DNA of 64,000 bases from Octopus bimaculoides (taxonomy: Eukaryota), in contig NC_068990.1 of NCBI RefSeq assembly GCF_001194135.2, positions 90,421,023-90,485,022 on the forward strand, read 5' to 3'. This document shows positions 41,307 to 54,884 of the stretch, one piece after another (within the stretch, counting starts at the first letter, position 1; every line of letters starts with the position of its first letter). The notes under the pieces are model-generated. The model saw only the letters and a list, made by a program, of their open reading frames with translations. It was not told the origin of the DNA and ran no database searches. Position numbers and translations under genes: made by a program.

Positions 41307-41420
41307 TTAAAAGCTTGGTGTTCCAAACAGATAATTTCCCTTGGCATTACGATCGTTTGAGATGAAATACTCAGTCCAAAGTCGTTTGAATATATCTCTC
41401 GTCACCATTGTCTTGCCGCC
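41307..41420 (-). CDS. cex: Calexcitin terminal coding exon (residues ~155-191, degenerate EF4, stop)
   Basis: ttttctctcgtttcag|GGCGGC...AGCTTTTAA, followed by a second stop TAG; 114 nt, GGKTMVTRDIFKRLWTEYFISNDRNAKGNYLFGTPSF*. Confidence 0.96.
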   Translation of the reverse strand, partial: GGKTMVTRDIFKRLWTEYFISNDRNAKGNYLFGTPSF

Positions 41421-41733
41421 CTGAAACGAGAGAAAAAAAAACCATTAGAATCTTAGAGGAGCAATATTGTAAAATATCTCACAGAATTTGTGGGCGTAAA
41501 TAATTTACAAAAAATATTTGATGCTACGTAAATAAATTATTCGACAAAATGAAGAGAATGTGTTTTCATTGCCTCGTCATGAAGAGATGCTTTGCCCATG
41601 ACTCGTTTTAGGATGTTTTGACACTGGTGAAAAAGAGGTAAAGAGAGAAAAAGATGGCGAGAGAGAGAGAGAGAGATAGCGAGAGAGAGATAGCGAGAGA
41701 GAAAGACAGAGAGTGAAAGAGAGAGAGAGAGAC

Positions 41734-41790
<57 letters not shown>

Positions 41791-41859
41791 AAGGGCATGA
41801 GATAAAGGGAGAGAGATGAAGTTATTCTCAAGACCGAAGTACCTTAAATTACCAACTAA

Positions 41860-42360
41860 AGAATCACTAAGGGCAGGTGAAGGTCTTAAACAGATAGTTG
41901 TATTAAGCCTACAGATGAATCAAGTAACAATTGGATTTGAACACAAACGCTTTAATGAATTCGTCAGTCTTCCTTAGACTGGTACAAATCTCAGAATGAT
42001 AAAAGACAATATTGATCTTTGTAGAATTTGAATATAATATGCACGGTGTTGGAATGACCGCAGCCAAGCCTCATGGGAAGTTATACGGTTTTATCGATAT
42101 TCTGACTTACGCCGACGGCATTGCAGATCTTGTATTTGACTCTAAGAATAACGTTTACGAAAGCTGTTCCAGACGACCATCATATTCTGGACATTACAGA
42201 TCTAGGAATTAAAGAATGAATTAAAGAATGAATCGGAAAGTAAACAAACTGCTAATTTTGGTCGGTGGAACGGACGCTATGTAAATGATCCCAGAGCCAT
42301 AGAAGTTGAATTTGGAGTTGGTGGAAGAAAGCGAACTTTAGAGGTAAAATAGAGCTGCGT
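41860..42360 (+). mobile_element. Decayed LINE reverse transcriptase fragment (calexcitin intron, antisense)
   Basis: Remnants GLKQIVVLS (resembles G-x-x-QG-x-x-LSP), ILTYADGIA (resembles YADD) and LELVEESEL (resembles LEVVEEFKYLG), in the expected order. Confidence 0.5.
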
Positions 42361-44010
42361 GTCTCAGACCGAAGTGATTGCAATATTCATGATATCTTAG
42401 CTCTGAAGCACTTCATACCTCTAGAAGGTGCAGGTTAAACTGCAAACAGTAGAACAAAATGTGACAGTGGAGATGTATCTAGAAGTCACGACCGGGATGC
42501 GAATCAGCCATATTAGAGTGTAAGAATTTAAGGGACAAAATGCTTACATAAATAAGTGTTGAGATGGTTGGGGATTTGGGATGCTGTTCTCTTTCATTTT
42601 GTGCCCCAAAAACTTATACTACTCACACGCGCGCACACATACACACAAACACACACATACACACAAAAAACACACATACACATAAACAGACACATACACA
42701 AATATACATATATATATATATATGCAACAGTTTTACTATTTTATTGTTTCTAACCAATTAGCTGCAGTGTCTAATTGGAACGCCGTCATATGTAGAGTTG
42801 TATTGAAAATATTCGAGTATAGGATTAACTGTTACCTTTGTTAGAGATACTGGTTATATATTTAAATTTTAACCATTGTTATCTCCGAAAGATTGTAACT
42901 ATCTTTGAATTGCATTGTATATCCGTTGACTACTTTGAGATATTTATATAAGTCAAATACCTTCGCTGCTGGAGTTAAGGCCGGAAAATTGGCGTATTAG
43001 CGATAGCCTTGTGCCGGAAACACGTGTCCACGACGGCCCTCCTATCTCCAGACAAAAACAAACTTAATTGCTTTTCAATTCCGGAGAAGTCTTGAATCTT
43101 GTCATTAAGTTCTCTTCTCAAATGGCGCTTGTCTTCATTATTATATATCTTCTTGAAGCGAAAATAACGTCAATAAATCATGAATTTATGCTATATGGTA
43201 TTTGATATACCTGTATTTGTGTATGTTAAACTAATCTTAAACGGATCTATCTTGATATGTGTAAATTAATGTACTTATTATAAATGTATGTGTTTCTATT
43301 GTTTCTCTTTTAGAACTAGCTAACTTCTGACTAACAAAGCTATGCTTGAAGATCTCGACCAATAACCATTTCATTTCCTTCTCCATTCGGTTAGAGCTAC
43401 CATTCTATGTTGGGTGGTAGATTATTAACTGTTGACCATTTTAGACTACCACCTTTCTCTACGTGACTTTAACTAAGGAGACACATTTACAAGCACTTTG
43501 GCCAGACGTTCACTTTGCGAATATCTAATTCTTTTTTCTCCCATCAGTCTCGAAGACACTAAAAAGTCTTTTGTTAAGACTAAACAATTAAGATGTGGAA
43601 TTTTTAGTGTCATTGACTCTCGCAATGAGATGAACGCCTAAACGAAACTCACTGACGTCACACGAGCGTAGAGACTACAAATTCCTGTTCTGGTTAGATA
43701 TCTATCATCAGGTTTTCGTTAATGCGTCGCGTAATATCGGTTTTGAAGTAAATAAACGCACTTGATTTAATTTATTCTATAATGAAATCAAAATGTTTTA
43801 TTAAATGTTAATTAAATTTATTTTATTAAATTTCATCAGCAATTTTACAGAAATAAACTGATTGTATCATGACCTCACTCGCATCGCTAAATAAATATAC
43901 ACTGTCTTTCAAATAAACCCCAACACACACACGCATACATACGTATCCACACATACATATATCCACATGAACGTATGATTGGATATATAAACTCAAATGA
44001 ATACAACATT

Positions 44011-44047
<37 letters not shown>

Positions 44048-44078
44048 TCAAAGCAGTGTAGCATAATGTGTGTGTGTG

Positions 44079-44123
<45 letters not shown>

Positions 44124-44894
44124 TGTATGAGTGTGTGTGTATATGTATGTGTGTCACTGCGTGTTTGTGTGTATGTATATATGTATATATGTGTGAATAC
44201 ATATGTGTTTGTGTGTGTGTGATTTGTCAATGATAATTGTGATAATTTAGTTAATTTTCCGAAAAATAAATTATCTATAATCTTTCAGCGAAATAAATGA
44301 AGTAAAATGGAAGCAAATTTTGATCATTTAATCTCAAAGGATTTCAAAGACAGATGAAACTTCATCAATCAAGGTGTTAATTCAATATAGTATGAAACTA
44401 ATTAATAAATAAATAGGAGATGCTGAGTGAGTGTTACAGATTAGTTCTTGCAGACACGAGTTTTGTAAATGCTTTCATCATTATCAGAATAATTGGCACT
44501 TAGAGAGTCGAAACTTAAGTGTAATCCTGCGATGAAATGCTTGACTCATCGTATATTAGTGATCTTCTATGAACTCACTCGCCAGGATAGGAAGAAACCA
44601 AATCAAATTTAAGCTACATCATGCAGTTAAAAATGGAAAGACATATTTGCATATGTTGTGGTCTAGATGCGAAATGTCTGTAGAAAGAGAAGGATGCAGC
44701 GAGTCTGTTTGTAAATTTCTTCATTTCGAGATAAGCTGATGCTAAACCACCGCTACCCCGTCCCCAGAACAACAATAGTGTATGTTTCCAAGTGCTAACA
44801 TCTGTTCACTATACAGACATAACTGCCCGAACATGAATCGCATAGAGATGAAATTGGAAGCCATTAATATTTTGAACCAGGCAAAATGCATTCA

Positions 44895-45115
44895 AAAGAA
44901 TAACTTGTTTTTGCAGTGACACTAGTGTTGATAATACTCAATAGTCTTCCTCAAATTACACCGTAGTGCCTTAGATAAGTGCAGAAGAGATTAACTCAGA
45001 TTTTCCTAAAAGCATTAAATAGATGAGATGGTGATCATAGCTTGAATAGCTTTAGTCATGGATCTGTTCGATAAGGGAGGATTTAGGGTTAAGCATTAAC
45101 ATCACCAGCAACATT
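44895..45115 (+). mobile_element. Dispersed repeat tail, related to 57190-57350 (+) and 61440-61535 (-)
   Basis: Shared ccctcaaattacacc...ggtgatcatagc..ctttagtcatgg-like blocks in all three copies; all diverged. Confidence 0.45.
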
Positions 45116-45174
45116 CACCGAGTTTTCAGCGACCCATCAGTGTTCCCAGCCACAACCATTATAATGATTTCCAT

Positions 45175-45470
45175 CGAGGACTTGTAAGCAGACATGTTGG
45201 CGCTTATGAAGCAGACTATTTCCATTTTGAGTTATAACAAGAGATTATCTTCAATGTAACAGCCAAACAGCTGAGTAGTTTTAATGGTCTATAACTTCTG
45301 TTTCAATAGGTGCTGCATTGAGATGAATTTAGATATTAATAGGACATTAATAGAATAAGTAACAATCAACAACGAAGTCGTTTTAATTGACCGTAACCTC
45401 AATTTCTATAGGTGTTACATTGTGACAAATTCAGATATTATTGATGGAGAACTTCTCAGAAATAATAATT
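45175..45470 (+). mobile_element. Decayed LINE RT fragment
   Basis: DL*ADMLALM (resembles LLYADDLALM) followed by TINNEV...YRCYIVTNSD (resembles the FKYLG region). Confidence 0.4.
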
Positions 45471-46334
45471 ATTATTGGGATGTTGGCAGCCGTCCATTGC
45501 AATCTATCATTTGAGAAATTATTCAGCGGAATATCTAACACTGCATTATGTAGTGAGATGGTTAATGGAGAACGTTAGGAGCGTTAACGCTGTTTGAAGA
45601 CAGCGCGAATTTGTCGGTCGATAGACAACAGATTTTATAACGGAGAGAATGTATCCGATTATCACTCAAATTTATCGTCACATTTGGCCCACTGCTTTCC
45701 ATTGGCCATGAAGAACGGGTAGACATTCCCTGCTTAATGAGTATGGGCGCCGCTAAAGGGCCTTAATACTAAGATTTTCCTTTTTTATCAAGACCTCGAC
45801 TTTCCCGATTTTCATTTGAAGCGGAAGGTGAAAAAGGGGAAGTGGGGGAGAGAGAGATACAGACAGATAGAAAGACAGAATGAAAAAGAGGAGGAAGGAG
45901 GAAATAGAAAGAGAGCTACAGCTCTCCAGTGAATGTGAGAAATGTGGATGAGAGCGACGAAACAGACATGGTTATATGTCTTATTCTATCAGGGTGTAGG
46001 CTGCTGAGAAGATCTGAGAGAATGCATTGAAGTTGGATGAGTAAAAATAAGCCAGGATTTTGTTTGGGCTCCCCGAATAATTATTTGGTTGGCCGAAGCG
46101 AAAGGATCTCAATATGAGAAGGACTGCAGCAACCATAGGCTCTTATATCCTGTACACTGTGTATACTTTAAATCTCATTTCTTCTTTATTTTCTCCTCAG
46201 CCAACTCCATCCCCTACAGAACTTGTACCGTCTCTGTGGAATATTCTCCCTCAGTCAACGCCATTATGTTAAATAGAAACCATCATTCTTATTGTTTAAT
46301 CGTCAATCAAAATGGTACCATTTCTTCCGACTCC

Positions 46335-46470
46335 TTCCGTTCTGAGTTTGACAATGTCGTTCATCCTTTCGGGGTCAATAAAATAAGTTCCAGTCGAGTA
46401 ATGGGGATCGATGCAATCGACAAACCCTTTGCCCCCAAATTGCTGGCGTTCTACCAAAATTTGAAATTAT
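46335..46470 (+). mobile_element. SINE family A, 3' part
   Basis: cgttctgagtt...tcatcctttcggggtcaataaaataagt...aaattgctggc. Confidence 0.8.
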
Positions 46471-47578
46471 CATTATATATTACAGTTGTTGTCTTTGTTG
46501 TGATTTCGTGGCCAGAGATATGGCTTAGCTCACTAGAAAGTTTACGTATTAAAACAATCGAAACTTAAGAATAGAACTATTTCGTTTTAGTTATTTTCTT
46601 CCCATATCTCTCCCAGCAGAGAGATAAGCTAGCTATGGCGTATCTGGAAACATCAAGCAAAAGTTTGCTGTGATTCCATTCAACTAAGTTTTTCTATTAA
46701 GAAGAAAAAAATAACAGCCGTCGACAATTTCAATTGAAAGAAGCTGCAGAGAAAATTAACAATAAAAGAAGATTTAATTACACAGGACGTCGTAAATATT
46801 TCAAAATAAAACAAAATTATTAAGTTTTGACAGAAAACACATTAACTTGAAAATTTGCAGCGATAAAACATACCACAATGACAGCAAAAACAATGACGCC
46901 TGCACGCAAAAAAAACGGCGCGAAAATGTAACGTTTGCTCATTCAGCCGCTCCAATGGGTAGGTTCTGGACATTATTTAACCGATCAAAAAGAAATTTGC
47001 TTTGCAAGATTCTAAGAATTAACATCAGCAGGTCTTCACCAGAGGTCTTTCTCACGAGATAGAAAAGAAGAAGGCTACATATGTATCTTGGAAGAGCTCT
47101 TCCAAGTTTGATATTTAATTGAGTACGACAGATTGAAGGCAAGAAAAGATACAAAAATGTGAGTTCATTTTTACTCTTTGGATCTTCAGTGCATTTCTAC
47201 TTGACAGGTGTTATTTGACGCAATGGCGGATCTAATGTGAAGTTATCGAAATGCACTCAGCGTCGAGATTTCTTCTTACCGTTCACACAGCTATATTCGT
47301 CCCATGAGAAACAACGAATCAATAATGGGACAGGGAATTATTTCTGTCTTTCGAGATTTTCTTCAAACACTTACTAAACGCAAAGTCAATAAATACTTTC
47401 ACGCACACACACACACACACACATGCACACACACTCACTCACTTACGCGTACAAATATATATATTTATATGTGTGTGTGTATGTGTGTGTGCGTGTGTGT
47501 GTGTATGTGTGTATATATATATATATACGCATACATATATTATATGTGTATATATATATATATACACACATATATATA

Positions 47579-47612
<34 letters not shown>

Positions 47613-48449
47613 NNNNNNNNNNNNNNNNNNNNNNNNNNNNNNNNNNNNNNNNNNNNNNNNNNNNNNNNNNNNNNNNNNNNNNNNNNNNNNNNNNNNNNNN
47701 NNNNNNNNNNNNNNNNNNNNNNNNNNNNNNNNNNNNNNNNNNNNNNNNNNNNNNNNNNNNNNNNNNNNNNNNNNNNNNNNNNNNNNNNNNNNNNNNNNNN
47801 NNNNNNNNNNNNNNNNNNNNNNNNNNNNNNNNNNNNNNNNNNNNNNNNNNNNNNNNNNNNNNNNNNNNNNNNNNNNNNNNNNNNNNNNNNNNNNNNNNNN
47901 NNNNNNNNNNNNNNNNNNNNNNNNNNNNNNNNNNNNNNNNNNNNNNNNNNNNNNNNNNNNNNNNNNNNNNNNNNNNNNNNNNNNNNNNNNNNNNNNNNNN
48001 NNNNNNNNNNNNNNNNNNNNNNNNNNNNNNNNNNNNNNNNNNNNNNNNNNNNNNNNNNNNNNNNNNNNNNNNNNNNNNNNNNNNNNNNNNNNNNNNNNNN
48101 NNNNNNNNNNNNNNNNNNNNNNNNNNNNNNNNNNNNNNNNNNNNNNNNNNNNNNNNNNNNNNNNNNNNNNNNNNNNNNNNNNNNNNNNNNNNNNNNNNNN
48201 NNNNNNNNNNNNNNNNNNNNNNNNNNNNNNNNNNNNNNNNNNNNNNNNNNNNNNNNNNNNNNNNNNNNNNNNNNNNNNNNNNNNNNNNNNNNNNNNNNNN
48301 NNNNNNNNNNNNNNNNNNNNNNNNNNNNNNNNNNNNNNNNNNNNNNNNNNNNNNNNNNNNNNNNNNNNNNNNNNNNNNNNNNNNNNNNNNNNNNNNNNNN
48401 NNNNNNNNNNNNNNNNNNNNNNNNNNNNNNNNNNNNNNNNNNNNNNNNN

Positions 48450-48482
<33 letters not shown>

Positions 48483-48575
48483 GTATGTATGTATGCATAT
48501 TCACAAGGAGAAAGAGGAAATCAGTAGTAAAAAAGACACTGATAAAAGATTATAAAAACACAAAATTGTACTTAC

Positions 48576-48673
48576 ATCAGAGAGAGTATCAAAAGCAGCC
48601 TCGCAGTCAGACTTGAGAATGCCGTAGGATGTGTACACGGTACTATACTCATGTCTATCAATAATATTGTCGC
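48576..48673 (-). CDS. cex: Calexcitin coding exon (residues ~122-154, EF3 loop)
   Basis: cattacag|GCGAC...TCTGAT|gtaagt; 98 nt, (G)DNIIDRHEYSTVYTSYGILKSDCEAAFDTLSD. Confidence 0.96.
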
Positions 48674-49343
48674 CTGTAATGAGATCAAAGGTTTTATGTG
48701 AGATTGATATGAAAAGATATCTTGGTAAGGAACATGTATCATTGATGCAAAACCAGATATGTGTACGAAACTACATATGAGCTATAGAATTGAATATCTT
48801 ATGAATTTCAAGTTGTAGTGATGTGAAAAGGCTTTCACAAAAATATGAAATATATGTAAAATATCTTTTAATGAGTACAAATGCTTTTCAGTGACGTATA
48901 TATATAGAGGGATGGTGAACGACTATGATGAGCGTATATTTTATGTACGATAACGCTCGAATATTGCAAACCATTAATGGGGGGGGGGGCACTCATTATG
49001 TGCAAATAGAATATAAAATTTAATTTTTCAATTAAAATTTTGACTGAGACATGGAAGTTTCAAAGGAAATCTCTTTCTGAGAAAATCCGAGGTGAGAGTT
49101 CGATGACGAGGCATCTCAATCATTTGTTAATCCTTCTTAGTGACCGATATTCCTAAACATACATATATATAAATACACACATGCACACACACGCACACGC
49201 GCACACACACATATATATATATATAAATGAATGTATGCATACATACATACACACATACATACACATAGGCATGCGTGCATGCATGCACACGCATTCATCA
49301 CGCACAAATACAAATAAGTATGTTTTTAAGTTGGTTATCCATA

Positions 49344-49385
<42 letters not shown>

Positions 49386-50700
49386 CGTGTCGCTGCGTGT
49401 CTTTCTCACTTATAAACAACGGCGGGAAAAAAGAAATACGGGCGTTTTAGGAGCGAAGTCTCTTGAGATATTTATTTTTCAATCGAATGAAGCGAAGCTA
49501 CTCCCTTGTCACTCTCGCTTTCAGAATCGCAGTCGACCAGTGATTGTTTCGTCAGAAACCTGTAACCAATATGGCTATTGATCACCAATTCCAATATAAT
49601 AAATAAATGTCGATCCATTCTCCACGAGACATTGGATTTGTACCTTAGGGACGAAACCCTCTTTCACTGATAGTAGTTTACAGCTGTTTGCACATTACCT
49701 ATATAAAATAGAATATACTAAGTGAAAAGATGGCTGCTGCGTCCACCCTCAAATAACACAATTCAGTTCTTACAACGCTCTAAAACTTTTAGATAATAGA
49801 AGAAAAGAAGTCGTTTTGTGTAAGTTATCGATCTGTCCATCCAAACGTTTTCGTATTCATTATCGAAATTAAATCACTAACGACAGACCAGTCACTTGTA
49901 AATTTATTTATTTGAGCAGCCAATCGTTGCAAAGATGTCGGACATTAAAGCTAATACTTGAATATATTTTTTCTCAGAGATTCTTTAAGCCCCTCTTCTT
50001 TCTTGTTGTATTTTGTTCTTACTGTTCGCTGCTACCAGCGTCTTGATCTTATTTGGTTTTATTTGATTTTGATTTTATTTTCATATTGTTATCTCCGATA
50101 AGAATCTCACTTCTGTGTTATTTGTGTATTCCCGGACGGTGTTGCTTCGCATTATTATTATATATGTCTGTTCATACTTGATGGTGAAGAAATGATTTAA
50201 TTCAATAATAAATACAGGACGGAGAACCAAAGAAACAGGAACGGCAGCAACAACTTCTCCATCAACAACCCCAACAAGAGCAGCAACAACAACAAAGGCA
50301 ACAACAATTTAAAAGGAAAAGGGACAAAAAGAGCAATGGTGGCGACAGCAACAGCAGAACTAGACAACAAAAACAATATTAAGGTCAACAGCATCAAACA
50401 AACAAAATGAAAACACCAGCAGTGTACAAGCTGTCACCAAGAACCAGCGAAAGGTAAAAGTAGAAGCAAACGTAGTGAGACAATGAAGAGGCCTTCATTT
50501 GAAATCTAATCCAGATAGAAATTGTAGAAAATTCTCTTTTAAATGACCCTCAACCCAACAGAAACTCCAGATTGGATACCATTTACTAAGACTCGAGTTA
50601 ATAACAGCATAACTGCAATACATTTTATGGATTCCAAATGTTTTAAAGAAGTAACACACTCTCATTGGAATATCATTATTACTTCATACTACACAAAAAC

Positions 50701-50736
<36 letters not shown>

Positions 50737-51748
50737 CATAAATATATAATCATAAATATATAGGGATTGACAGTAACCTGCTTCTCCAACATACTGAGAA
50801 TTCAGAAATAGCAGTCAAAGAACTACTGATTTCAAAACTACAAATTATTACTCCAGATTGATAGCGATATTTTTGATACACACAGAACAAAAAACAGTAG
50901 AGAAGAGTAAAAAAACCACCTGCCTTTAGTTAATTTAGTACGATCGTTTCACAGTTAAGAGTAAAGAATACTCTATTCTGATCTTCAGCTAAATATTCTA
51001 ATAAATTTGTTAATGTCTAAATAACTCACGTTAATCTTGACCATGTGNNNNNNNNNNNNNNNNNNNNNNNNNNNNNNNNNNNNNNNNNNNNNNNNNNNNN
51101 NNNNNNNNNNNNNNNNNNNNNNNNNNNNNNNNNNNNNNNNNNNNNNNNNNNNNNNNNNNNNNNNNNNNNNNNNNNNNNNNNNNNNNNNNNNNNNNNNNNN
51201 NNNNNNNNNNNNNNNNNNNNNNNNNNNNNNNNNNNNNNNNNNNNNNNNNNNNNNNNNNNNNNNNNNNNNNNNNNNNNNNNNNNNNNNNNNNNNNNNNNNN
51301 NNNNNNNNNNNNNNNNNNNNNNNNNNNNNNNNNNNNNNNNNNNNNNNNNNNNNNNNNNNNNNNNNNNNNNNNNNNNNNNNNNNNNNNNNNNNNNNNNNNN
51401 NNNNNNNNNNNNNNNNNNNNNNNNNNNNNNNNNNNNNNNNNNNNNNNNNNNNNNNNNNNNNNNNNNNNNNNNNNNNNNNNNNNNNNNNNNNNNNNNNNNN
51501 NNNNNNNNNNNNNNNNNNNNNNNNNNNNNNNNNNNNNNNNNNNNNNNNNNNNNNNNNNNNNNNNNNNNNNNNNNNNNNNNNNNNNNNNNNNNNNNNNNNN
51601 NNNNNNNNNNNNNNNNNNNNNNNNNNNNNNNNNNNNNNNNNNNNNNNNNNNNNNNNNNNNNNNNNNNNNNNNNNNNNNNNNNNAAATAGAGGTTAAAAAA
51701 CTACCTCAAAGGATAACAAATATCAAATGATTATTGATGTATACGAAC

Positions 51749-51881
51749 CTGAGGTGTCATTGACATCAAACATAAAGTTCATATATTTAGTTAACCATTC
51801 AGGCAAACTTTCCCCCTTCTCGACGCTCTTCACACATTCGGTCCACATTCGCAGCCACTCGTCTTTCGTCACTTGTTCATC
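51749..51881 (-). CDS. cex: Calexcitin coding exon (residues ~78-122)
   Basis: tttttgcag|GATGAA...ACCTCAG|gttcgt; 133 nt, DEQVTKDEWLRMWTECVKSVEKGESLPEWLTKYMNFMFDVNDTS(G); contained in ORF 51723..52073. Confidence 0.97.
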
Positions 51882-52131
51882 CTGCAAAAAATGGAAAGTA
51901 GAAAAACAAGCGTGAATAGCGTAAACAAGTAAATAAAAGATCAGTTGCCACACGAAAAGAATTATATATTGACGTTTTGTGTAAGAAATTGGCGTGTTGA
52001 ATATGTCGACGATGAACAGGACAGAAGAGTATGCTTTATTTTGTTGTTTGGTTTGTTTTACTGATTTTTTCATTGAAAAGTTGAAAGCGTTTGTGCGAAT
52101 TTCACGGCGACTAAAACTATTTAGAGCGAGA

Positions 52132-52331
52132 TATATTCTTTTCTACTCTAGGCACAAGGCCCGAAATTTTTTGTGGGAATGGGCCAGTCGAAAAGATCGA
52201 CTCCAGTACGCAGTACGTAACTTATACTTAATTTATCGACCCTGAAAGGATCAAAAGCAAAGTCGACCTCGGCGGAATTTGAACTCAGAACGTAAAGACA
52301 GACTAAATACCACTAAGCATTTCGCCCGGCC
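52132..52331 (-). mobile_element. SINE family A (well preserved)
   Basis: ttttctactctaggcacaaggcccgaaat...gtcgacctcggcggaatttgaactcagaacgtaaagacag...agcatttcgcccggc. Confidence 0.92.
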
Positions 52332-52387
52332 TTTCGACCGAGATATATTGATACTTCAATGTTGGCACTAAAAAGGGCTAAGTTTAA

Positions 52388-52506
52388 TTTTGTCGGCCCG
52401 AGGCTGCAGTAGAAGACAATTGGCCAAGGTGCCACACAGTGGGACTGAATCCGGAACCATGTTGGTTGGTAAGCAAACTTCTTACTACACAGCCACACCT
52501 CTGCCC
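52388..52506 (-). mobile_element. SINE family B head
   Basis: gtcggcccgaggctgcagtagaagac...cagtgggactgaatccggaaccatg...cacagccacacct. Confidence 0.88.
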
Positions 52507-52549
<43 letters not shown>

Positions 52550-53822
52550 NNNNNNNNNNNNNNNNNNNNNNNNNNNNNNNNNNNNNNNNNNNNNNNNNNN
52601 NNNNNNNNNNNNNNNNNNNNNNNNNNNNNNNNNNNNNNNNNNNNNNNNNNNNNNNNNNNNNNNNNNNNNNNNNNNNNNNNNNNNNNNNNNNNNNNNNNNN
52701 NNNNNNNNNNNNNNNNNNNNNNNNNNNNNNNNNNNNNNNNNNNNNNNNNNNNNNNNNNNNNNNNNNNNNNNNNNNNNNNNNNNNNNNNNNNNNNNNNNNN
52801 NNNNNNNNNNNNNNNNNNNNNNNNNNNNNNNNNNNNNNNNNNNNNNNNNNNNNNNNNNNNNNNNNNNNNNNNNNNNNNNNNNNNNNNNNNNNNNNNNNNN
52901 NNNNNNNNNNNNNNNNNNNNNNNNNNNNNNNNNNNNNNNNNNNNNNNNNNNNNNNNNNNNNNNNATATATATATATATATATATACATACCAACATGCAT
53001 CCATACACGCATACGCGCATAATTAAATACACACCTACACCCACCTACCCCCAATATATATAATTGACTAAGATGCGGTTTGAACAAACACCATGAAGCA
53101 TTGCACCCGATGCTCTGACAACTTTGTTGATTCGCCGTCTAAATACATATTTGCGTGTGTTTCAGTGCGGAGTTGTATTCCATTCGTGCATATGTTTATG
53201 GCTATACATGATTCCATTTGTCAGAAAATAACCTTTATTTTTCAACTAATCTACAATCTATCTATCGATCGTCCGATCGATCATCTATGTCTCCCTCTCC
53301 TTCTCTTTTTCTCTCTCTCTTCACACACACATATGCCTACTTATATAGCCATATGCACATACATATGTGTGTGTGTGTAACTGTGTGTGTAACTGTGTGT
53401 GTACTTACTAAACTTATACATATGCATGCATACGCGTGTTCCTTCTAAGTTCAAAATGAATTATAAAAAGAAATGATTTCTTTTCCTAGTGAAATGCATG
53501 ATCAAATCTTACCATTCTTGTTTTTTTCAAAGATTTTTATACTAACTTAAAAGATATAATGTAATTAATGGGCCCTTAATTATTTTGCACTGAAGAGATT
53601 CAATTTAATTGAGATGGCAGCTCCATATAGGAATATTAAGGAATTTATAGCTGAATCGTGAACAGCAAATCGAATTAAATACATATATAACGATTATATA
53701 ATATACTTCATTCCATTAAGCTCAAACTTGCTTCACTAACAAAATATAAAATATTAGATTTACTAAGAGCAAAAGGATTCTCTCCATTACGATAAGAAGA
53801 AACAGCCAATAAACGAACAGAG

Positions 53823-53968
<146 letters not shown>

Positions 53969-54562
53969 CGCAAGGATTACACACGGCTCGTTTCTTGCGT
54001 AATTTTCTGCATCAATTCACAACGAAGATTATTTATTTCATAGTTTTCTTTTCTTAGACTTCCATTTCAATTTCACAATAGTTCATGTTCTCCATATCTT
54101 GTTCAATGCATTTCTTTAATCCTGTACAAATTCGGTCTTACTCTCTCTCTCTCACTATAAAACCTCTCTACCTACAACCGCCTAAATAGATTTGAAAAGA
54201 AAGTTATGTTACATTTTTAATCAGTATTATTAAGCTATATATATTAAGTAAGTGCATATTTTGTCTTCCATTCTGACCCTAATTCAACCATAAATATCGA
54301 CTTCCTAATATATTCTAAAATATTATTTGATTAAATATTCGTATGAAATTTTTGTTCGTCTTTTACGTATATTTTTATACTAACATTTTTTTTGTTGTTG
54401 TTTATTGTTTTATTTGTTACTATTTTGAAATTATTTGTGGCTTTTGATATCGATTTTATTGTAGAGGTACAGGTTCACATGTATTGAAACTAGAAATGTA
54501 CAGACAGGCACACGCAAGCACATATAAAAATGCATGTGTATGAATGAATGCATACACACACA

Positions 54563-54595
<33 letters not shown>

Positions 54596-54845
54596 TAATA
54601 TTTAGCAGAAGTAACAGAGTGACGCAAGGTCCGAGAATTTCGTGCGTTCTTACTAAGTGTCAACGCACGAAAACCTCGGAGCTTGAGTCACTTCGTTGTT
54701 TCTGATAAACATTAATAAAAACATACATATACTAATTTAATTGAGTTCTATGTTTCCTTTCCTGTTTGTCCCACCACACTTCTCTGACTCTCTCTTTGTT
54801 TCTCATCTCTCACACACACAATCTCTCGGTCTGCGTGTGTGTTTG

Positions 54846-54884
<39 letters not shown>

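Noticed and set aside
41421-48575. Search for an alternative calexcitin last exon or tandem paralogue exons
   Set aside because: No second copy of any calexcitin exon was seen in the sequenced parts of the window.
49400-49620. CpG-rich, CCAAT-containing promoter-like patch in a calexcitin intron
   Set aside because: No associated exon or ORF; motifs this short are not diagnostic.
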